64,000 nt of DNA. It comes from Trichoplax sp. H2. Lineage: Eukaryota. The notes below the pieces were generated by a model that did not search any database, had not been told where the DNA came from, and saw nothing but the letters and a program-made list of their open reading frames with translations. Within the stretch, counting starts at the first letter, position 1; each line of letters starts with the position of its first letter. Shown piece by piece: positions 38,868-54,306 of the stretch. Position numbers and translations under genes: made by a program. The stretch covers positions 1 to 64,000 of the forward strand of contig NOWV01000188.1 of the NCBI GenBank assembly GCA_003344405.1, read 5' to 3'.

Positions 38868-41800
38868 CTCTTAGGTCCCATCGACCACGCCCTGGGAAAT
38901 TAATTGTTGCCTCAATTTTTTTTCTATTTTAAATGATTTATATCGCCGATAGAATCTGTGAGATTATCTTTTGATTAATATTTGTGAAGATAATTTCGAT
39001 TTGAAACATTAATAACAATATAATGTATAACTTATGAAAAGAAATAGAACAGCCCGGAAGATAGTCATCTATTCGATTAAAGCTTGACATTTTATTAATT
39101 AAAATGTAATAGACTATAGGTACATTTCTAATTCAAGATAGCAAATACTATTCTGGTAGTTTTCTTCATTATATAATAAAGCATCACTATAGCTGCTGCA
39201 TTCAGGATGGGTGAGAAAATCCAAATAGATCAGTTCTATTAGTCAAACAATCAATCTTATGAAGATGTAAAAAACAGGAAACGATGACGCTTGTGAACCG
39301 ACCATGTATGACGATTATGTCTTATTTTCGTATTTATCATAATTTATTTGACTTATTCATTGATATATAATCAATGTCTTTCATATGGATTGATCTAGTC
39401 AAAAAATACTATGGAAATTCGATATAATTAGCTAACAGATGAATGTATACGTTAACAATGGCGATATTTCTAATTATACCAATAAATAAATAGCTAGTGC
39501 TAGAATTGAACGAATAAAATATACAAAACTAAATTAGCGGATAAATTCAAGCTTTCATAATGGTTATAAAAAGTAAGATATTACCATGACGCCTATAGAA
39601 AGTTCAAGACTTAAGGTGAATCTTATGGATAAAATTAGCTGCAAAATTAAAATAAATCAATAAGTTTCTTCATCTTTTTTGCATCAAATCGTTGGAATCT
39701 GTTTTGATTAGTCTAATTCATGTTAGCGGGTACTTCGACACCAATGATAAATACACGAGCATGAATAATTTACTATGGATAAAGATCGTAGCACAAATCC
39801 TAGCCGAAACAGTCTGATACGGATCTAATAATTATGATACTATTACGAAAATAAAAGTGATTTAAATACGCTTAAAAACAGACTCACTGATATTTTAAAA
39901 AAGCGTTTACCCGTATGAAGTATAGATTTTTTGAATGATGCTCCATCCAGATAAATAAATTTGTCAATTTAAGAGAAAATTCTAAAATTTGACATAAATT
40001 ACGGTTATATGTAACTTTAACTATTGAATAGCAGGTTTGTATTATTAGATTTTCATTTTTATTTACTCCTTAGGTGGACAGATACAAGTTTTTAAATCTA
40101 AGTTACTATTAAGGCACATACATCTAGAAAATTATTCATAAATTGACATAGCGACAATAATTTGATATGTATTACATATCAATATGATTACTTGAACAAA
40201 GTTCCTATCGGTGCATGATTTATCCAATGTCATGTTTTTTTTCCTAATGTATTCTAATTTTTACGGTATTATTTGTTGCTACTGTTATTTTTATTGTATT
40301 AATATTGATTACTATTTATTATCGTCATTCTATCAATAAATACCGGTATCTTTTCTTTATTCCTCGGGTATAAATGATTATATTATAAAAAATTGATCAA
40401 AGTATGTGCCAAAAGATTGAGTACGATTCTTGCTAGTACAACAATATATATACAATAAACTTCGATACTTTTAATGCTGGGAAAATAAATAATTAACTGA
40501 ATTACCAGATAGGTAGTAAAGTGTCGTTTTAGTGATCTAGATACTGTGCTGGTAAGAACTGAAATGAAATTTCCGTTTTATAATAATAACATACACATCA
40601 TTAATTATTCTTATGATCTGGAATAAACTAAAATAAATTACTCTGGATTTCCGAGTTGTTTCTAATGTGTTTTAGGTATTTAATTATGGTAGTCTTCTAT
40701 TGAACTGTCCCCTAGATAAATCTCGCGATTTATATTAGGTAAATTGAATTCTAAATGCAATAAAATGACATTGAATATTACTACTTATTCAGTGGAGAAA
40801 ATAATAACTATATTAAGCAGTCTCAGTTACAATGTAACAGTCCCTACAGCCTACAGTACATAGGCAGAAAATAAAGAGAAAGATATAATCCTACATCTAA
40901 GACCAATCCTGTATTTCGTTAATAGATATACAGACAGTTAGTTAATATAAAGACTAAAATACTGTTGCTAGCTTGTGTGACAAGACAGAAATGTGAATAT
41001 ATTATCAGTATCGTAATCAGAATGATCGTTATTAGTCTTACTCTGTAAGCTTGATTTAATGTATATTAAAAGTAAAATAACTTCGTATCATATCGTAGAA
41101 TTTCAATTGCAGACTGAAAATATCATCTAGTATGAAAGTCTATGGTATTTTAAGAATTACTTAATGTACTTTCTTCAAGCCTTCTGTAGTGAGATATTTG
41201 AATCATGGTCTACTGATATCAAATTTCTGCTATTGAAGCTATAGAAAGATAAATATGCACATAGAGGCTATGCATCCTCTAAACGGTTGTTATCCAATCT
41301 CTAATTTTTAATCCCAATGTTACACTGGTTATTCTTTTGCCATATTCTAGCCGTTGGAGACGTCAAACAATTGAACGTTATAGTTACCACTAATTATCAA
41401 TATAAATATTACCCAGTCACTTGGAATAGTTCAGTGAGTGATTTATTGCACGCGATCTCACAATATCACTGATAAACTATGTGGCATATTTCACGCTATA
41501 TGCCTAAATGTGTTTATACTCGGCTCTGTTTAGACTGAAATTATGAACTTGTCTTAATATAATTACAATTATTGGAAGCTATAATTTTTCGATATGGTGC
41601 TAGAATCTGTAATATAGTTAAGTATTAGATTTTAGGATATGGTACAAATCATATTTAGTACGGTGATTTACAGACTGCAAGTCGATGCATGTGAAGATAT
41701 TTTGCCAGAAAATAGGTGAAATATACGATATAGTAGTGAATCACCATTGATGCTGATAATTAAAATGGATCCATAACTCATACATTTGGTTTAAACAGTT

Positions 41801-44800
41801 CACTATATTAAAGTAACGAGTATAGGTATGAAAGTCGGAAAAGCAAAAGAAGTAGTTAGCTTCAGAGAATTTAGCAGTTTTTCTAAGAGCTTTCTGCTAA
41901 TTGTGATAGGCTAAGATATTGGCTGCGACCACAGTAATTATAATACATTTTTGTATAAAAAGAGTCTACATAAAATTAATAGAAGTAATAAACCTCTACG
42001 TTTCGATCTATTATATGAAAGAGCCATAAAATACGGGATGCCTTATATAACTATCGATACTAATTACCGAATGTGCGGTTTTAGTATAGTGAAATTTTTC
42101 CAAATTGACTGGGGAAATAAATACTAGCTTTTCCTTACTGGTACTTTTGTGGCCATGCTATGAGTATAAGAATTTAACTAAGAGTGGGCCTTTGGTCGTT
42201 GTAGGGTACGGAAAAATGAAATAACTATAAATAATATGAATAAATTAATTATATTTGTTGTAGTCGTTTCAGTATAAAATAAAAAAATGGGCTAACGCCA
42301 GATTCAATTCTGGTCGGAAATGATCGTTCTAATATTAGTCTTTCGTTGCTGGTACTGACAATCGATTAAGTTTAAGTTTACAAACTCCTTCATTGCATGT
42401 TTCACAGTTACTACTTTGAAAGCTGTATGAAAGAAAAAATGGATTACAGAAAGTTTGATGCTTCGTTATGGACTTCAGAGCATCAAACTAACGTTCATTA
42501 AGTATTAATTAGTACAGATTTTGAGGTATTAAAAATGTATGCTATCAGAAATTACGTCTTTGATTATATATAATAATTATTTAATGTTCCTGATTAATAA
42601 GAAATCAATACATAAAATTATCACTTTCTCCACCAGAGTAAACCGTGCTTTGATGCTTTTCTATAGAAGCTATTCAATTTGATTTATTCCTAACTTGTAA
42701 TGATAATTATAATTAAAGCATCGGCTTTTAATAGAATTACGCAATCATTTCTTAATCGAAGATCGGAGATTGGAAAGCAAACGAATAACATTCCAACTAA
42801 ATTTAGTAGCGATTGTTATAAACTAAGCGATTGTTGAAGAGAAGTATCCGAACTAAATCTAGAAGCTATCGTAATAAAATTAAACAATTTTATACTAAGT
42901 AGATATTGTGCTCAAATTAATCGGATTATCAATTCCTAGTAATAAGAAAGAACATGATCCTTTAAGAGTATGTATTGACAGATATCGAATATTAACGTTG
43001 TCGAATCGAAGAGTTAATTTTTTAATTGAAAATGAATCTTTTATGAGTAAACAAGGCTACTATAACTAATTTATGCTAGGCACTATTCGGTAATAATTTC
43101 AGAGTAATAGTGGCCGGCTTAGATCTGGTTTGCTACGTCTACGACTCATAAATTAATATTAAATAAATCAATGTAGTAATTAATAATTTTAAAGTAATAA
43201 CCCATGAGTTGTCTGTTGATACCAATTTATAATAGTATTTCTCAAGTACGCTAAGTAATACTTGATAATAATAATCACAGAATAGCTGTGACTAATTCAG
43301 ATTATTTTTGTATTTGCTAATAACATAATTCCTGAGTGAAGATCAAATTAAATCAAAATAAGAATTTAGTAGCGTTCAAACCAATAGCCTATAAGACTAC
43401 GATGCACGAGTCTATTGCAGTTTATAATTACTATAATACTACTACATTTTAATTCATAGATAATTACTGTCGAAAGTAAATGACATATTTAGTGTATTTC
43501 GTTAAAGTAAGAATAGTCAAGCAATATTAAATATATATTAACGTAATTAAATAAAAATACGTAGGATATCCCGCTCAAAACACTTTGACATTTATCAGGA
43601 CGAAAAATATGATAGCACAAACGACAAATCTATGTGAAAATGGTTTCTATAAATCTATTTTTAGTTTATCCATTTTTTAACCTTTTCGGTCCGAATCAAT
43701 GAATGAGAAGCATTAGTTTAAATAATTTTATATTACTGTATCCTTCACACTTGGAGTGAGTCACACAAAAACAATTATAAAAATCGTGAATCTGCTAACT
43801 AGTAACTGGCTATGCAAAGATTATTATTACCTATTATAGGAAGTTAATCAAATCGATATTCGATATTAAACGTTTGTTTATGGCCTACTAATCTGAAAAA
43901 ATAAATAATATTGTTGATACTTGATTAACCGTCGTTATACTTGATTTAAGAGAACAACTGAATAATGCCGCAATAATGACACTAAAATCGCAGCTGTGCT
44001 ATGACATCTATTTTTTTAATTTTGCTTCCGGAAGTTGCAAACTAGTAAATGAATGATGACGTTACTATAAGTTCTTTATAATCGTTTCAAGATGAATTAA
44101 AATGCAAATGAAAACTTCTAATGTCGTTATAAATTATAAGGATAGGAGAATTTGCTGACTTATAGCTAGCATATTTTTTGCCGAATAACTAAAAGAAACT
44201 TTGATCGGTACGACATTAAATTCTATATAATAATACACTGTGAATTGCCGCTAGTGTCGGCTAATTAAAATTGAATATGATAGAATTCAATAGTATAGAA
44301 GCAATTAGGAATAAACAGTTTACAAAACATCCGTTGCTCAGTGAGACAACATTTTATGCTGTAAATTACGTTATAAAACGATCATTTGCCATTTTATGCC
44401 ATTTTTTATCTGTTCACGATATCTCTGATCAGGTAAACAACTTTAACTGTCGTATACTAATAACGTAAGTAATGGATTTAGAAAATGGAGATCATTACGT
44501 CTACTTTAAAAATGCAAGATAATTAAAATTCTACCTTACTATTGTAAAGTTTTTGCACATTATTCTACCTTATTATTCTCGACAGTAATAGGTCTAGAAA
44601 TTTTCGAAATTTATAATAACGGTGAAAGGATATCTGAATACGATTTTTAGGCTTAAAGTAGCATTTATTTAGGTAAAATTGAATTTAAACATCCTGTAAT
44701 ACATGAGTCCTATATCATAATGTAGATATGCTCATTTTGCTTATGCTGTATCAAGTGTGATTAAACTCTGTACACACCATACACCGGTATACGCCTAAAA

Positions 44801-46940
44801 ATCTCTGATGTTATTGAACGTTGCATATTTTAAGTAAGCTACTGGACAATAATATTCTGTACGTGAAGTTTCGAAAATTGTTCCTTTTATTAATGTAAAT
44901 TTCACCCTTCTGTATACTCGCAACTAATTCGTTATACCTAGTTAAACAATTTACTCTCTATCTGTTATTTCTACTTAATATAACACAGAAACGATTTTGT
45001 TAATTTGTTGCTTTTTAATTAAGCTAATGTCAATTTTAAGGGCAGAAAATTTACGAGACTTGATATTTTATTGAAAGAAACGAAAATTTCCGCTAAACGG
45101 TGAATATTTACTGGACATTAATAAATATTTCATTGCAGAGTATTAATTATCATTAACATAACGGGAAATCTGACTCTATCAGTATTCTTATATTCTGCTT
45201 GGCCTAATTGATTTACCGATGATTGGGTGTTGGTTGACTATTTTAATAATACCTGCACATTATGCATCATGATGGAAAATACATATTGAATTATCAACAA
45301 GATATACGGATGTATGGTTGTCCATTAATAAGTACATGAAACCACTTAATAATGCTGTATTACTCAATTTCGGGGCTAAACCTTTTATTTATGCAGAAAT
45401 TTTTAGTAACAGTATAATTATTGGGGTCAATTTATGCTATAGTCCTTTTTATGCTATTAAATGAGTCGAATAATATCGACATATTGTATATCGTGATAGA
45501 AATAAATATCAAACTATAAGCAAGGGATACGGATATGTGATTATCCACTAGTACGTACATGTATCTCAAAATAGTGCTGTATCGCTAAATTTTGGAGATA
45601 GACCGTTTATTTATGCATTAGTTTCCAGTAATAGTATAATAATCATTGCGATCAATTTATGCTATGCTCCTTTATGTGCTATTAAATTTGTCAATTGTAT
45701 TACCAGAAGGATAGTCAAATAACAAAGACTTTCACTGGGACCGTAAAATGTAATATATGATAAAGGCTTAAAAGATGTACAATTAGATGGTGACTATATG
45801 ATCTCATTCTAGTCCTACTACTTTAGTTTAAATACATTGTAACGTATGCAAATGCATGTTAAGTGCCATGCAGACATTTTATAATTAGTACATTAGGCCT
45901 TGGTTAGTAAATGAATAGTCAGTCGTGAGTATTTTGCGTATACATTTTATCTTTTACTGTAGTAAATAAGCCAAGAATATGGAATCAATGAATAAGTATA
46001 TCTGTAGGCTGAAAAGTCTGATTGAGCACTTATTAAGGCTTGATAATACCAGAATAAGAATAATAATAATCATTCCGTAAGATCATATAACACATAAGAT
46101 ATACGTCATAAGACGTAAAAAAATACATTCTTAAAATAGAAATAAAGTATTTTTCATAAGAATATCACAAATAGTCATACTTATTGCATGTATTTATTAT
46201 ATAGTGTTCTGCATTATTAGACTGCACTATTGTTAGTTTAAAGTTGTCTGCACCAATCTGAAATAATTTGAAATTTCAAAAAAGAAATATGCAATAAAAT
46301 TCTATTCAGTGTTTTAAGAACACACTGCAATTCTAACCACCTAAAATCTAGACAGAGTTTACAGTATGGTCCTTTGTACTTACTTAAAAGCGAGGGTTAT
46401 TATTTACAATTACTTTATGATACGAGTCGTTATCACTAAGGACTACTAGACACTTTTATATCGATATTAATAAAAGAAACTTCATTTTTTTGGCAGTTTC
46501 TATCATTAATTCCAATCGTTATTCATTATTTAGACTCATATGGTGTATATCATACTGTACTAATACTCTGTAATAATATTAAAGTATCTATAATTATGTG
46601 ATCGCAAATGTATCAATTCTGGTAGCTTCGTATTTCATCTCTTATAGCTCTTTTGGCTGCTAACGCTGCTCAGTTATTTTTAAATTTCTTCATGATTGCT
46701 TAGTTACATGTTGATCTGCCGTAACTATCATCACTCTGCATAGGCTTGCTTTACCATAAGTAATCACCTTTTTCTAATAAATCGTACGTAAATCTTATAA
46801 TTGCTTTAAAAATCTACTTTCTTCATTAGTCCTGACCCTCTACCAAACTTTGACCAGTAAGGTATTAAATGTTAATGACTAAAATTTTCAATAATAGCCT
46901 ATACTTATAGCAGCTATGTTCATGAATTGAAAAATTAAAT

Positions 46941-47915
46941 AATTCTGTAGGTACATTTATATTTAATACAAGGTAGTTTAATATAGTTTCGTTCCAGTTC
47001 ATATATTCTACTTTTGATAGTATGCATACGTGAAGGTTTCTATTATATTTTTTATTACTATAAACGTTACAAGATGTAGTATTTTAATGTACAATATTTT
47101 GTAAGTAAAATTGAAGAATAATTTCTAGAGCCTGTGTATCTTATGTAGCTCTCAGGCCTACACATTCGGCTCCGTAGAATAAGTTCTTCAGATACCTTTA
47201 CATTAAATACAAGGTAACTGAACTTTGTTTCATTTTAGTCTATAACGTATATTTTACTATAGATAGTATGCATACTTGTACATTTCTATTGTATTTATTA
47301 TTGCCATAACCGCAATATAATCTAGCATATACTTGAACGCGTATAATGGAGTACCTTTAAAATCAAAGAGCAGTTTCCAGATCATGAGTATCTTATATAT
47401 CTCTTAGGCCTCTTTATTCAACCCTTTAGAATAAATTCTATAGATATCTTTACTTTTAATATAAGATAGTTTAATATAGTTTCATTCTAGTCTGTATATT
47501 CTATTTTAGATAATATGCTTACAGGTACTTTTATAGTATTTTGTCATTGGCATGAACGTTACATGATGTAGCACCTTTGCGTGCAATAATTTATTTGCAA
47601 AATCGAATTACTTTTCGGATCTTGTGTATCTTATGCAGCTCTCAGGCTTCCTTATTCAGCCTTATAGGATAAATTCTACAGATACTTTTACATTAAGACC
47701 AGGTAATTAAATATTCTTTCGTACTAGGCCTTACCCTATATTTATTTTAGATCTTATTTGACCATGTACGTTTCTAATATATCTGCTATTGCCGTAGATA
47801 TTACATAATGTAGTACGTATATGGGTAATGATTTGTTAGTAAAATCGAAGAGTAGTTTTCAGATCTTGTGTGACTTATATAGCTCCCAGGCTTCCGTATT
47901 CAGCCCCACGGGATG
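46941..47915 (+). repeat. Degenerate tandem repeat, ~243-bp unit, 4 copies
   Basis: aattctRYagatac.ttta...gtgtatcttatgYagctctcaggc recurs at about 46941, 47181, 47433 and 47671. Confidence 0.8.
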
Positions 47916-49344
47916 TTCTATCTGTATAAAGTAGTTATCGTACTGTAGTAGAGGCAATATAGCTAATTTTCTGTTCGATGATGCCTATTTTACTAGCGTT
48001 ACTATATATTTAAGGAACGTTAATGTAGTTATATTGATGGGTTTAGTACCTATTAAATTTTCCCAAGTGTGGTTCGGTTTGATCAAATGCAAATCTAATA
48101 GTACGGAATTCAACATAAGACAACAATTATCGTATACTTATAAATGATATAATATCGATCCAGGACGATTAATAGCTCAGTTTAGATCTTTTAATTTTAG
48201 GCAAAGTGAGGATTTTAATTATTTACAGCATCATACACTTACAAGAATAATGTCTTGAAGTAAGAGGTATCGGTAAAGTATCACTCAATAGGAATTTTAT
48301 CGAACCTATTGTGGTTATTAATCTTTAATTTATGTGTTTCCGTACCACATGGCATCATCGTCTAGTTATGTGCACGTATACCTATAAAGTCATTATTCGC
48401 AGGCATTGATATGGTTGAGACTTATGATCAGAATTTAGAGACATCCGCTAAGTTAAGAATAATTGCATTAAATATTTATTATTATAAGTGATAGTTTTGG
48501 TGGCTATTCATTTACTAATATAATGGTGCACTTGTATAATATAATTTTCTAAATGGTGCATACGTGTACAATAGCCTAATATTGTGTACTCTACTATTGA
48601 TAAATACTACATCTCTTAGCGTTAAATGGAAACGGAAGGCATAATTAATAAGGTTAAGGATAGAAGATTTAATTTATTTTTCAGTAAGAAAGAATTACTG
48701 ATTATAGATAATTAGTTTAAACTGACATCAGGTCGATGAATCATCACGTCTCATGTCTACCGAAAATGAAAGAAAGAAAATATAATTTACGACCACAAAG
48801 TGATCTCATGCATCTCCGTAGCGTAAGCATTATAATTTTATTGGCATTATTTATATTCGAATTATATCTGCTCATAAGAACTCGACTGCATTAAGAGCAT
48901 GTACAGAAGAATGAATTATACTGTACGCTATACTAATAAACCGTCAGTGTTGAATAACATTGATTCGAATGAATGATATGGATAGTAAGATTACTTAAGC
49001 AAGTACTTAATTAATATGTTGACGTAAGATGAATCGCAATAACCGTAATACCTTAATAGTTCAGCTTTTAATTAATTACTTCGGAATTAGGACCGATAAT
49101 TTGATCAACGAGGAGAGAAACAAATACTTAGGTTAGAAGTTAATGTTTATTTTGTTATGTATCACTATTAAATGATTTACATTGTAGTCCATTATTGCTA
49201 CAGTTAGCAGTACTTTGTTTGTAGTGCAGCCTACATCTAGAATAATAAACAGTAGTCTAGTATAGAAAACTTATCGACATGTTTGCTTATGCTTTACATT
49301 CTAGATGAGTAATAAACGGTAATTACGGCAGAATTTTGGCATAA

Positions 49345-49674
49345 CTAGCAACCGACTGGAACTTGACAAGTTCCAGTCGTTATTGCGGGATGAGCTTCGA
49401 CGTAAAGGCAATTACCGGAAACGTGTAGAATACATTCTTCATCACCATTGACTGGATCGCAACAGCAATCGCTGTTTTTAGTGCATAAGATGGATTGAGT
49501 TGTAGTACACGGTGCATTGGTGCTACAGGTAGACAAAGATCGTTTTCTCAGCAAATGTCGACTGAAGATTGATTCAGGTCTTTTAAACTCATCACTCTTT
49601 CCAGCGGCTTGGGTTACGCAGACGAACAAACATGCAGCGATGACGGCGAAGAGAAGAGCTTTGTTCAATTTCAT
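49345..49674 (-). CDS. Secreted Cys-rich prepropeptide B (109 aa from ATG 49674)
   Basis: MKLNKALLFAVIAACLFVCVTQA signal, KR and furin-type RKR sites, 10-Cys mature region with spacing identical to peptide A. Confidence 0.92.
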   Translation of the reverse strand: MKLNKALLFAVIAACLFVCVTQAAGKSDEFKRPESIFSRHLLRKRSLSTCSTNAPCTTTQSILCTKNSDCCCDPVNGDEECILHVSGNCLYVEAHPAITTGTCQVPVGC

Positions 49675-49821
49675 CTTGATGAGGAAGATCTGATAAAGTA
49701 GCGCAATATTCAAGAATTTGATAAGCAGAGCGAAGGAAACTGGTCTTCAAGCAAGTTTAAATTTGAAGTGAAGTAGTTGTTGGCTGATCGAGTTTAATGA
49801 TGATTCTGCTGAAACTTGACC

Positions 49822-49829
49822 TTTATATA
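49822..49829 (-). promoter_or_regulatory. Putative TATA box of peptide B
   Basis: TATATAAA(G) on the - strand, about 150 nt upstream of the ATG. Confidence 0.5.
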
Positions 49830-52800
49830 GACCAGAAATTATTGACTTTGTTCATAGAATATGCCGGATTGATTAGAAGCTTTTGTATTTCCCTAATTGG
49901 AACTAATGAATGTTATTGAATGTGCGTCAGTGATATCCTAATTCAATAATTATAACACTAACTGCTAATTTGAACACCTGGAAGGGTAGACTTGTGATCA
50001 TTTAAGCACGATAGTATTAAATGGTACTCAATAACACCGCTAATTTCTGTCTGCTTCCATCAATCTATTATGTTATTGGTGGAAATAACTTTAAAATGAA
50101 TGTGCTCATCATCAGTATGAGCCCTTAGAAATCCAAAGTTGATCCTACTACAAAAAACAATAATAAATTATTATTTTAGGATTATTATAACAATTGATTG
50201 ATATTGTACGCAGATAGCTCAATGATTTATACTAGCCAAAACCAAATAATCTTAATTACAACATTTATGTTAAGTATATCGTAAGTAATAGATTTTTCTT
50301 TATTAAATATTGTTCTAATCAGGTCATACTGGTTTTATGATTATCTAATCGATTTATTTATTGATCACTTTTATTGAGGTTTTATTAAGACAATAATAAG
50401 TTCAACCTGTAATGATGTTTAATGTACTATACATTAACAATATCATGAAATGCCTTTTATATTAAGCTCTGCTTATCGATTATTACCATTAATCGTAACA
50501 AAAATAGCAGTTCATCTCCAAATAATATTTTGGAAATAAGATAAAAACGTTATGCTCATTGAATAATGCCGGTTTTATACCTCAACTAGTTTACGTCAAT
50601 CTCAAGCAAATATAATCATGGCCGTTCAGATGAAATTTCACTTTTATTATTTGAGTCGATTTACCCATTTGCGATTGGAACAAACTTTTTAAATAAATCT
50701 TCTATGATGAACTGACCTAGTTAGTAGTTAAGATAAGACTGACAAATGGCATTTAAAGTTACCAGTTTAGTTAAGATGAAGATGCTAGGAATTGGAATTA
50801 ATTTTCGAAATAAATAAAAATTACGGAAATAATAATATTAATCACGATTGCTACGTTTTACTATAATAAAATGTAAGCAGGAATTGGATATTCACAACAA
50901 TAAGCTACAGCTCATATTTTCGACTTAATCACGCATGACATCCGTATATTTTGAGGAAGTAACAGCAACAAAAGCTGCACCCGCGGTTTAATTATGGTAT
51001 TTAAGCTTAATTATGTTTACATACATATGTAAATCGATTATATCAACTGTTATAATGAAGAGTTTCACGGAAGTGGAGAGCTATAACTTTCTGTGAGTGT
51101 TTACGAAATTTACAATAAATACTTACGTTCACGGGTTTTTATTCGTAATATATTCTATAAAATGTTCAAATTTAGAGATGGAGATGTATTCATCATTCTG
51201 CGTATTAATCCTGTAAATGCTTGTCTACTTTACTCTCTTATCATCAAGCTCTAATAATTAAATTTCTAGCTTATACCAAGAAAGCAACAGCTTTCAGAGT
51301 TTTAATTACTTAACCTTTATCTGGAAAGTACCATACCACCGTTTATTTTAATTAAATGTGAATCTATAGACGCGCCATTACATTATTGCTTTCATAAACT
51401 TATTTTATTTATTGTCGAGACTAATTTGATTATTTTCGGTATGATATTAACCTTCATTAATTTCAATTTATTCTTTATTATTAGATTTACCACAGTCTGA
51501 GCCAAAAAGACCTAGAATTTCTGACATAGCAGCTTCAATCTATACTCATCTGATGATTATACTGGTGCATCATGTTGAATATGATAACATGAAACAAATT
51601 GAGTTCGATACGGTATCCTGATATAGAGTTTAGGGAACTAAAATTAGTAAACATAATTTCCTTGGGGAAGAACAGTAATAGATTTGATGATATATTACAC
51701 GGCATGCGCATATTTCGCTATCAGTTTATCTATATGCTCTATGTAGAAGTTCACCGTATTATTTTATCCCTATCGCTGCCGTGCATACAGAATAAACACA
51801 TCGACTATATACCTTTAATTAATCAAATGCCGTTAATAAATGCAAATGAACGCAATACAAATGAGATTCAATCTATATCTATAACTATAATTACATTCTA
51901 CTTTACTATTCACACCTTATTCTTGCCCATTTTACAAAAAGGGTAAGTATTATTTATGAAAGCTATCAAAATGGATGGTGCTTTAACTAGAATTGATCTA
52001 TTACAAAGTAAGTACTGATAAAAACAAAAGACATTGTAAAGAGGTCTACGGAGCTCAATTTCACTTTAGTATTAATAAATTGGGTGGTTTTGAGTTTTAA
52101 CGTCAAAGTTTATGAGGATCACGTACTTTATAAGATGCAATTATTTGTATTGACCTAATCAATTAATAATATCTACATTTATATTTTTTGTAATATAGTT
52201 TAATATAACTTCTAAACGAGTACCGTACTGGTGGTAGAACTGGATATTTTAATAACAGCCACAGTATTCTACCGTATAAGTATATTGCAATAAACTGGTG
52301 ATATTTAAAAAACTATGTTTTCTTAGCATATTATTGCATTGCTAAATAGTTACACCTAAATCTCCGAATTGTTTACCTTAAAAATTAATTAGTAACGGTC
52401 GGTAGCGCTTTTGCATACTCTAGCAAAATATTATTCATAAACCAAGACCATACATCTATTTATTTTAGTTTGCTGGTTTAATAGTATTCAATATTTTGAA
52501 AAGTAGCCTTGGTAAAAACACCAAATCATTATATAACTTTTACACTTTAGGGTATTATTTTCGTAGAATTTTTAGCCAATTTTTTAATTGTCTACAATTT
52601 AAAGTACATCGATAATTTATTAATATATTACATTGAATATGATATTTAATAATCTTTGGACCTAATCTATGACAAAAATTGACAGTAAATTGATTTCTTC
52701 TAGCAATGGCAAGATTATGCTAGAATATTATAACATCGTCACTATCAGCATATTGTTTTGATAGTAACGGTAAAATATTTTAATGCTGTTATTCCCTGTC

Positions 52801-54306
52801 ATGTTATTTCCTATAATAGCTTATTCTTTACTTGTCCCTAGTACGCTTATCGTCAGGATCATGGGAATTAAATTACGTAATAATATGCCTATGGATATAC
52901 TTTTATTAGTAAACCCTTTGAGCCGGCCAATATGTAATCAACCTAATATTTATCTGACCCAGGAGTTATTTAACGTTTAATCGCCCTTTAATTTGATAAT
53001 TGTTATACTGTACTTAAAGCATTCATATAAAATTAAATTAAATTGTGCACGTGAGAAATGGATTCCAGTAAAAGACTATCTATTGGGATATATAGGCATC
53101 GTCAATTTTTTTCATTAATTAAATAGCATCACTTAACGATTATATAATTATGTAAATAACAAGAAATTAAAAAGCGTCTTTGATCATGATAGAAGTGTAA
53201 TTGTCATCTCAAGAAGAAAATTAATATTCTGTAATTGATATCTATATTTATCCTTCTCATTAAAAACAAAAGTAATTTACGCGAAAATGTTAGTATTAAA
53301 ATGAAATCAACTTGTGACGGTATATTTCTTTTTATTCGAGTATTCTAATAATTAATGTCATTGCAGCTGTGATTCTGAGAAGACACTTTCCTTTTAGTAT
53401 ACGGCCTATTTTATGTGGTCAATTTATTAAAAGCTTATATTGCGGTCTAATCAATTTGATCAATGAGCAAATAGGAAACCTAGGAGCAAGAGGAACGATA
53501 ATGAATTAGGAGCATCGTTGTACTATACGACTACTGTACGTGATTGACTTGATATTTTGGAGTAGAACAAGATTTAACGTAGTGAGAAATTATTCTACAA
53601 GTAAAGTTGTTCCGCAGTATGTCATAATGTAGCACAGAAATGTAGAAGATTTACAGCTGTCACACGCACATGACATAGCCGATACCATGTGGGTATATAA
53701 TAAATATGTAAGTGCTCACAACTGAGCAATCAGCTATAACGTCAGGATTGGTTCGTATTTCAGAATAATCTTTATTTCAACGTAATCTTCTAAATTAATC
53801 GAATAATTGAAAATTTTCAAGGTGATTTTGAACTATGCCATCAGATAGATCTTTAATGTTTGTGCTTTAATTGCTATCTTAGAAATTATATTTGTGTTCG
53901 ACCAAAGCGTAGGTTAATATGAATTTTACTATGATGCATATTACGTACAGCTAATAATGCTAAAAGGGTAGGATTCGTTGACCACAAATTTTAGAAGATA
54001 TTGACGTGGTAGCTAGATATTACTATACTAGTTGCTACTCAAGCATTTACGAAAGCTTCAAATATAGACAGCCATCACAAGTGAAATAAAAGCGAAAATC
54101 AAGTAAAATTTTTGCAATGATGTCCATAAATATAGATCCGTACTTAGAGAGTTAGCACTAAAATAAAAGCTTCATGATTCAGATATCGAAATATAAGTTT
54201 AGGGTCGTTACAACGCTCTAATATATTACAAAAAGCATGATATACTTATAACACTAATGTTTATTATATAAGAAACGGTAGCATACAACATGTTAACTGA
54301 TCATAG

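Noticed and set aside
42452-42489. 11-bp inverted repeat agtttgatgct...agcatcaaact
   Set aside because: Isolated short hairpin with no other support; plausible by chance.
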